From Anaerolineae bacterium (GTDB lineage: Bacteria > Chloroflexota > Anaerolineae > UBA1429), in the NCBI GenBank assembly GCA_963675785.1, contig OY776562.1, positions 1,678,893-1,742,892 of the forward strand: DNA of 64,000 nucleotides. Direction: 5' to 3'. This document shows positions 58,747 to 64,000 of the stretch, in pieces (position 1 is the first letter of the stretch; every line of letters begins with the position of its first letter). The position numbers and the translations under genes were made by a program. The notes beneath the pieces were generated by a model. The model was given only the letters and a program-made list of their open reading frames with translations, ran no database searches and was not told where the DNA came from.

Positions 58747-60753
58747 TTAGGAATGATCCGCAGGGACGTCCCAGAAGTAGGTCTGGGTGTTATGGAGATG
58801 CTCGTCCTCAATGGTGTCATCCACTGGCTGGCCGTCAAAAGCAACGTTCTGCAGACCATTCTTGACGATGCATGGAGCCGGCTTTTCGCCCAGGATACCA
58901 ATCATCGGCACCTGCTCGACCCAGATGTCCAAGATATTCTTGAAATACTGGTTGCGCGCCTCTTCATCAGCCTCAACCACCATCGCCGCATGGTTGTCCC
59001 AGATGTCCCAGATCCAATGGCCTGCGGGCGGCTCTTCGGCATTAGGATACGTGGCATCCTTGTTGTTGTTCCAGTAAATAGCCCAGGCAGCACACCAGGG
59101 GCGGTCGGTCATAGAGCCAATAAAGATCCACGGTGCCACGATCGGCAGTACTGAGCGGTCACCACCCCAGTTTGCCGCTTCGATCTCGTTGGCCTCATAG
59201 TGCTCTGTGTACAGCGAACGCTCATTGTACTTGTAAGCACAGTTGATGCCTATAGCGTTCAGGTAACCGATAGCCAAAAGGGCGACATCCTCACCCACTG
59301 AGCCGCTCGAGTCAGTGCCTTCGATGGTGAAGGACAACGTGCTGCCATCCGGATACTCGCGGAAACCGTCTCCGTTGGTATCCAAATAACCTGCACCGTC
59401 CAACAAGCTCTTGGCCGTCTCTGGATCGTACTCGATGTAGCCGTTGGTCAACGCCTCATAGTATTGCGGCGAAGCACTGAGGGGGCTGTACTGACGCGGT
59501 GTGCACTGACCGTCATACACCAATTCGTTGATCTCTTCGCGGTTGATAGCCAGCATAAAGGCCTTGCGCACATCCAGGATATTAAAGAACTCGCGCAGCG
59601 GCTCGTTCTTCGTTGTCAGGTTCAGCTGAATGGCATCGTGGCTGGCACTGATACCCAGAGCAACCTTGTAATCGCCGCTCTCTTCGCTCTCCTTGAAGAG
59701 GGTATAGTTGCCAATGTCCACGCTGCGGTTCTGCATGTCGATCTCGCCGTTCACGATCCACATGTTGAACACGTCGATGGTCTCATACAGACGGTGCTGA
59801 ATTTTGTCGATGTAGGGCAACTGCTGCCCGGACTCATCTACCTGCCAGAAATAGGGGTTGCGGTTCATGATGTGCAGCTCGACAGACAGGTCCGTCTCTG
59901 GCGTCCAGGGGAAGAGTAGCGGCACTTCAGGATTGGTGCGCCAGCTCTCCCGATTGCTCCAATAGTCGGTAGGCGAGCTCAAACCAAGCGCCTCTGCCGC
60001 AGCCTGCAATGTGGCTGCATCGTTAAAGGCGGGGTGGAACTGCTCCAGATAGAAACCGGGTACCTGCGGAATGTTACGGGCAAACTCAAAGGCCAACAAC
60101 GGCTTGGGCTCACCATAGGTCAGTGTGAAGGTAAAGTCATCCACAATGCCTAGATCCGCTGCTACACGCGGGCTGCCCCAACCCCAACGCTCGGATGGCG
60201 TTGATGTGATATCTGTATAGGTCTGCACATTGTCCCAATACCACTTGACCCACTCGGTGGTAAACGGTGTGCCGTCACTGTACTTGGTGCCGGCGCGCAA
60301 CGTTACTGTCCACACGGTAGCATCGTCGTTTATCTCCCAGCTCTCGCACAGGTTGGCACGCAGAGCGAGCTCAGGAGTGTACCAAGTCAGACCTTCGTTG
60401 ATCAACTTGGAGGGGCCGTTGCCATCCGATGTACCTTTGAAACCACGGCGCAGCGTGCCGCCATAGTTGCCCACCGATTCCATCACCGGGCATACACAGG
60501 GATTCTCTGGCAAACGATCTTCCACCGCCGGAAGCGTACCGGCCTCAACCATTTCGGCCAGCATTGGGGCTTCTGAGAAGGAACTCACTACAGGCGCAGT
60601 AGTCGCTGCTGCGGCAGTTGTGGGTGCAGTAGTCGCTGCTGCGGCAGTTGTGGGCTCGGGCTCCTCAGTCGGCTGGGCACAGGCAACCGCTACCGTCGCA
60701 GCAGCTGTTAGTGCCGATACTCGCAAAAACTCTCGACGCGTTACCTTGGGCAT
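58747..60753 (-). CDS. ABC-transporter substrate-binding lipoprotein, family 5, copy 2 (paralog, roughly 90-95% identical by eye)
   Basis: 668 aa, collinear with copy 1 with scattered substitutions (MPKVTRREF…). Confidence 0.85.
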   Translation of the reverse strand: MPKVTRREFLRVSALTAAATVAVACAQPTEEPEPTTAAAATTAPTTAAAATTAPVVSSFSEAPMLAEMVEAGTLPAVEDRLPENPCVCPVMESVGNYGGTLRRGFKGTSDGNGPSKLINEGLTWYTPELALRANLCESWEINDDATVWTVTLRAGTKYSDGTPFTTEWVKWYWDNVQTYTDITSTPSERWGWGSPRVAADLGIVDDFTFTLTYGEPKPLLAFEFARNIPQVPGFYLEQFHPAFNDAATLQAAAEALGLSSPTDYWSNRESWRTNPEVPLLFPWTPETDLSVELHIMNRNPYFWQVDESGQQLPYIDKIQHRLYETIDVFNMWIVNGEIDMQNRSVDIGNYTLFKESEESGDYKVALGISASHDAIQLNLTTKNEPLREFFNILDVRKAFMLAINREEINELVYDGQCTPRQYSPLSASPQYYEALTNGYIEYDPETAKSLLDGAGYLDTNGDGFREYPDGSTLSFTIEGTDSSGSVGEDVALLAIGYLNAIGINCAYKYNERSLYTEHYEANEIEAANWGGDRSVLPIVAPWIFIGSMTDRPWCAAWAIYWNNNKDATYPNAEEPPAGHWIWDIWDNHAAMVVEADEEARNQYFKNILDIWVEQVPMIGILGEKPAPCIVKNGLQNVAFDGQPVDDTIEDEHLHNTQTYFWDVPADHS

Positions 60754-60839
60754 TTTCTTCTCCTCGTTGTGTGGCCGGTACCAAAGCGCCTCGTTGCGCG
60801 CCTCGGTATCCGCACCAATGCTTAGGTAATAATACCTAT

Positions 60840-60868
60840 TTTTTATATGAATAAAGTAGGCATGTCAA
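60840..60868 (-). promoter_or_regulatory. Candidate promoter for SBP copy 2 (GCTTGACATGCCTA -35 element, AT-rich -10 region)
   Basis: TTGACA at 60868-60863 on the minus strand; TATAAA/TAAAAA-like -10 15-17 nt downstream. Confidence 0.3.
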
Positions 60869-60959
60869 GCTCTGGAATGACTAAATTGTTTATTTCTAGT
60901 TAATATCATAGGCCACTTTACCGATACAAAAGTTCTGATAAACTACGGGAGGAGGTGCA

Positions 60960-61367
60960 ATGCTTGTAGGAAATCTCACCCTAAACGATCAAGCTATTGA
61001 GGAGCGCTTTGTTCGCGCTTCGGGGCCGGGCGGTCAAAATGTCAACAAAGTCGCCACGGCAGTGCAACTGCGCCTAAACCTCTCCGAATCTGGATTACCG
61101 CTAGATGTGCGCCAGCGACTAGAGCGCCTGGCTGGCTCACGCCTCACCCAAGAAGGCGTGCTGATCATTGATGCCCAGCGCTTTCGCACACTGGAGCAAA
61201 ACCGGGAGGACGCCCGCAACCGCCTGACCGAGCTGGTCGAGCGTGCTGCCAAACCCCCTCGAAAGCGTCGCCCCACTCGTCCCACGCTGGCTTCTCGTCA
61301 GCGTCGCCTCGACAAAAAGCGCCATACCGCAGAGAAAAAACAGCTTCGCAGACGCGTCAATTCCTGA
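60960..61367 (+). CDS. arfB: Alternative ribosome-rescue factor ArfB (peptidyl-tRNA hydrolase, YaeJ family)
   Basis: GGQ motif SGPGGQNVNK and a basic C-terminal tail (KPPRKRRPTRPT…KKRH). Confidence 0.85.
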   Translation: MLVGNLTLNDQAIEERFVRASGPGGQNVNKVATAVQLRLNLSESGLPLDVRQRLERLAGSRLTQEGVLIIDAQRFRTLEQNREDARNRLTELVERAAKPPRKRRPTRPTLASRQRRLDKKRHTAEKKQLRRRVNS

Positions 61368-61532
61368 CCTGCTGTGCAACCACGCCCCAACAGGTTCTAC
61401 ATCTTTTCTAAACAAGTTGGCTGTACTCTATAGTTTAGAAAACCCACCCATTGGACTGTAAAACTGATTCTGTATCCTTTTCAAAGGTCCCCACAGGCTG
61501 GCGAAGAGATGGATTGCATCAGGAGAAAGTAA

Positions 61533-62885
61533 ATGAAGAAAACCATCAGAAACACTGTTGTCTTGGCACTAGTCGCCCTACTCACCATTGGCTCAGTTCT
61601 GCCCGTTTTTGCGGATGAATCCACTGCCTTTGTGGCCGCTCGGGGTACTACATACTATACCTTTGACTATGCTGGTGATGAAAGCGACATCACCATTGAA
61701 GCATACGCCACACCAGGTGATGCTAACGCCATGAGCGCATTTGAGCTCAAGCTCCTCGGCCCCGATGGCTCTGTGCTCGAAAACGGCGAGGCTGGCGAGG
61801 CTGTCTACACCATCGAAACATCGAGTGATGAAGCTGGCACCTACACCCTCGTCTTTACCAACTATCACGAAGATCTCCCCATTACTGTTACCCTGTTCGT
61901 AAATGGTGATAGCGTTTCTAATCTGCTCTCTGCTTCGGCCGCAGCAGAAGCTGTAGTGTCTGAAGAAGTGATAGAAGAAGAAACTACAGAAGAAGAGACC
62001 ACCGTAGAAGAAGCTGTTGCTGAAGAAGAAACCGCAAGCACCGAGACCGCTGGTACGGCCTTCCCAGCTACAACGACCTCTGATGGTGAAGCTGCTTACG
62101 GGCCCTGGTGGGTTGCCACTGGCCGCGCTTTTACCTATGCCATATTTGAGTATGCCGGCGACGAGAGCACTGCGACTGTAGAGCTCGGTGTGAACCCCGG
62201 TGATGCCAACGCTATGAGCGCTGTCGTCCTCAAGATTTATGACGCCGATGGCGAACTGGTTGCCACTGGTGAGGCTGACGATGCCATGTATATTGCCGAA
62301 ATCGAGAGTGATGTTGCAGGCACCTATGTGATTGAAGCCATTAGCTACAATGCGGACCTGCCCCTGGGCCTTAGCGTCGTGGTCAAGGGTGATGGCGTCA
62401 GCGGCGCTGCGGGCATTTCTGCCGGCGGAGAGCAGATGGACATCATGGATCTGATAGAACTCTCTGCTGCAGAAGCAGGCACCACCACTGTAACCGAAGA
62501 GACTGAAGCTGAAGAAACAGAAGAGGCCGACACCGAGACCATCGAGAGCACAGTAACCGCTGGCTCCCCCGTCTGGTTCAACCTGGACAAGGGCTTTGCC
62601 GAATACACCTTTGACTATGCCGGCACTTCCGACGAGATCACCATCGAAGTCTGGCCGATCCCGGGCGATGCCCTGGCCATGAGCGGTGTCAACGTCAAAT
62701 TGTTTGCCCCGGATGGCTCGCTGGTTGACGTAGCTACTTCTGGCGATGCCGTGTACACCATCGAAGCCACTATCTCAACCAATGGCACATATACCATCGA
62801 AGTCGCCAACTATCACGAAGAACTACCGCTCACCTTCTGCCTCAAGGTGACTGGCTCGAACGTCGGCACAGTAGCTGCCGAATAA
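61533..62885 (+). CDS. Secreted protein with three pre-peptidase C-terminal (PPC)-like repeats joined by poly-Glu/Thr acidic linkers
   Basis: Signal peptide; three ~90-aa repeats (…F(D/E)YAGDES…PGDANAMS…DG…GTYT…NYHEDLP…); linkers EEVIEEETTEEETTVEE and TEETEAEETEEADTE. Confidence 0.6.
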   Translation: MKKTIRNTVVLALVALLTIGSVLPVFADESTAFVAARGTTYYTFDYAGDESDITIEAYATPGDANAMSAFELKLLGPDGSVLENGEAGEAVYTIETSSDEAGTYTLVFTNYHEDLPITVTLFVNGDSVSNLLSASAAAEAVVSEEVIEEETTEEETTVEEAVAEEETASTETAGTAFPATTTSDGEAAYGPWWVATGRAFTYAIFEYAGDESTATVELGVNPGDANAMSAVVLKIYDADGELVATGEADDAMYIAEIESDVAGTYVIEAISYNADLPLGLSVVVKGDGVSGAAGISAGGEQMDIMDLIELSAAEAGTTTVTEETEAEETEEADTETIESTVTAGSPVWFNLDKGFAEYTFDYAGTSDEITIEVWPIPGDALAMSGVNVKLFAPDGSLVDVATSGDAVYTIEATISTNGTYTIEVANYHEELPLTFCLKVTGSNVGTVAAE

Positions 62886-62916
62886 CACGGTCAATTCAAT
62901 AAAAAGCAAGCAGTTC

Positions 62917-62950
62917 GAGACCCCCGCAGTGTGCGGGGGTCTTTCTTTGT
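62917..62950 (+). terminator. Rho-independent terminator (AGACCCCCGCA-gtg-TGCGGGGGTCT-TTCTTTGT)
   Basis: 11-bp GC-rich stem plus T-run. Confidence 0.8.
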
Positions 62951-63039
62951 ATACAAAAGCAGTAGACTCTTGATTGCAGCACTCTACGTTATGTACAATA
63001 GCAACACGTTTTTATCGTCTACCAGAGAGGACACCCTTT

Positions 63040-64000
63040 GTGCAGAAATTGACTCGCCTGCTGCTCACACTCGCCCTGCTTTTGATTTCCCTAACCGATG
63101 TGGCGCTTGCCAGCCCTGCAACGACATCCTCCGATAACAACTCGTCTGGCGCCTTGATAGATCTGAGCGATATCACCATAAAGGCTGAACAGCCTTACTA
63201 TCGCGGCAATGAGGTTTATACCGGCACACTACAAAGTGTTTACTTGATCAGCAATCCCCAAGGCATAACAGGTCTGGAAGAGACCCCCGATGACTTGGCC
63301 AACTATTCCGTCGAGATTCTCAGCCAAACGAGTACCAGCGTAGAGGTGCGTGTAACCAGCGAGCTTTATGTAAATACCAATCAGGCCTTTCCCATACAAG
63401 CTTCGAGCATTCCAGATGAACTAGAGCTATATTTGCTACCCACCGACATGGCTCAGAGCGATGATTCAACGATCGTCGCTCTGGCCAATGAGCTCTCGGC
63501 AGGCTGCACCCTCGAAGGGCAAGTAGTCGACGCGGTCATTGCGTGGGTACGAAGTCATATTGATTATGATTATTACAACGAATATGACACCGATGCTGTA
63601 TCAGTATTGGAAAACAAAAAGGCCACATGCGCCGGTTTCATGTTCCTATCACAAGCTCTGCTAAGAGCTTCTGGTATCCCCACCCGCTACACAGCCGGAG
63701 CCGCTACTCCCTATGGCTTTACCAATGACCCCGCTGGCGGGCCTCATGGCTGGATCGAAGTTTATTATCCTGACGCTGGCTGGGTGCCCTGTGATCCTGA
63801 AACTTCTGCAAACTATGTCGATAGCTCCGTCATCCGTGGTGGCTTTGATCAATGCGGCGACACCGGCACCGTTATCGAGCGTACCTCGTTTGTTGACAGT
63901 ACCGAACTTCTTTATCGCCTCAAGCTCCCCTATGACGATTTGCCCGACTGGGCCTACACCAGTGGCTATATCACCTCCGCATCTATATCGAGCTGGAACC
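63040..64000 (+). CDS. Secreted transglutaminase-like cysteine-protease-fold protein (partial; continues beyond window end)
   Basis: GTG 63040 with AGAGAGG upstream; signal peptide KLTRLLLTLALLLISLTDVALA. Cys/His/Asp core KKATCAGFMF…GPHGWIEVYY…VPCDPE. Absent from the ORF track because there is no in-window stop. Confidence 0.55.
   Translation, partial: MQKLTRLLLTLALLLISLTDVALASPATTSSDNNSSGALIDLSDITIKAEQPYYRGNEVYTGTLQSVYLISNPQGITGLEETPDDLANYSVEILSQTSTSVEVRVTSELYVNTNQAFPIQASSIPDELELYLLPTDMAQSDDSTIVALANELSAGCTLEGQVVDAVIAWVRSHIDYDYYNEYDTDAVSVLENKKATCAGFMFLSQALLRASGIPTRYTAGAATPYGFTNDPAGGPHGWIEVYYPDAGWVPCDPETSANYVDSSVIRGGFDQCGDTGTVIERTSFVDSTELLYRLKLPYDDLPDWAYTSGYITSASISSWN

Larger units (their letters stand above)
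56396..60760. repeat. Tandem duplication (period about 2.29 kb) of the SBP gene and its terminator; upstream leaders are diverged
   Basis: 56396-58470 and 58686-60760 are collinear. Each copy also contains an internal 30-bp tandem repeat (58306-58365; 60596-60655). Confidence 0.8.

Noticed and set aside
57174-59919. Two 151-aa plus-strand ORFs (57174-57629; 59464-59919) that are nearly identical to each other
   Set aside because: Both are antisense shadows of the duplicated SBP genes. Their conservation simply reflects the tandem DNA duplication.
56396-60760. Possibility that the duplicated segment is an insertion sequence or other mobile element
   Set aside because: There are no terminal inverted repeats, target-site duplications or transposase or integrase genes. 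The content is a complete SBP gene plus its terminator, consistent with ordinary tandem gene duplication.
62931-63137. 68-aa plus-strand ORF from the ORF track overlapping the start of the transglutaminase-like gene
   Set aside because: Different frame from the signal-peptide-bearing long ORF that continues to the window end; no RBS. Likely spurious.

Overview
High-GC (about 60%) bacterial chromosomal segment, densely coding on both strands. No rRNA, tRNA, CRISPR array, transposase or integrase was recognised. (1) Positions 1-9314, minus strand: one long operon for a complex-I-like, Mbh/Mrp-type group 4 [NiFe] hydrogenase. Its large subunit keeps both CxxC nickel-iron ligand pairs and its NuoB-like subunit keeps the four cluster cysteines. 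The operon also has NuoC, NuoA, NuoK and NuoH-like subunits and three antiporter-like (MrpD/NuoLMN) subunits. At its 5' end sit a NapH-type membrane polyferredoxin and a Tat-exported protein made of four copies of a novel Cys-rich ~31-aa module. A 15-bp perfect palindrome and an ECF sigma plus zinc anti-sigma (HxxxCxxC) pair lie immediately upstream. (2) 10.4-17 kb: a sugar-acid/polysaccharide cluster (pectate-lyase-fold beta-helix protein, two URO-D-family paralogs in the window, UxuA-like mannonate dehydratase, Gfo/Idh/MocA oxidoreductase), plus a 30-aa bS22-like ribosomal protein gene that the ORF track missed. (3) 17.9-27.3 kb: secreted proteins (SH3b protein, triple-PA14 protein), a hybrid sensor kinase, a sugar-phosphate isomerase, a subtilisin with a separate I9 propeptide-like gene, and a GH63-like hydrolase. 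(4) 27.5-32.8 kb: a flavodoxin/flavin-reductase/Zn-ADH redox cluster. (5) 32.9-35.9 kb: two adjacent radical-SAM genes immediately upstream of gcvT, a candidate two-component lipoyl synthase. (6) 35.9-42.6 kb: a large multi-PAS kinase and a 1122-aa exported FG-GAP/P-domain/PD40 protein. (7) 42.7-50 kb: KDPG aldolase, an MFS transporter, the second URO-D paralog, and a GldA/F/G-like ABC exporter. (8) 50.5-56.3 kb: two heparinase II/III-like paralogs and a DUF1680/GH127-like protein. (9) 56.4-60.8 kb: a ~2.3-kb tandem duplication carrying two family-5 solute-binding lipoprotein genes, each with its own terminator hairpin and TTGACA promoter. (10) 60.9-64 kb: ArfB, a secreted protein with three PPC-like repeats, and a partial transglutaminase-like protein. 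Several clean rho-independent terminator hairpins are annotated.
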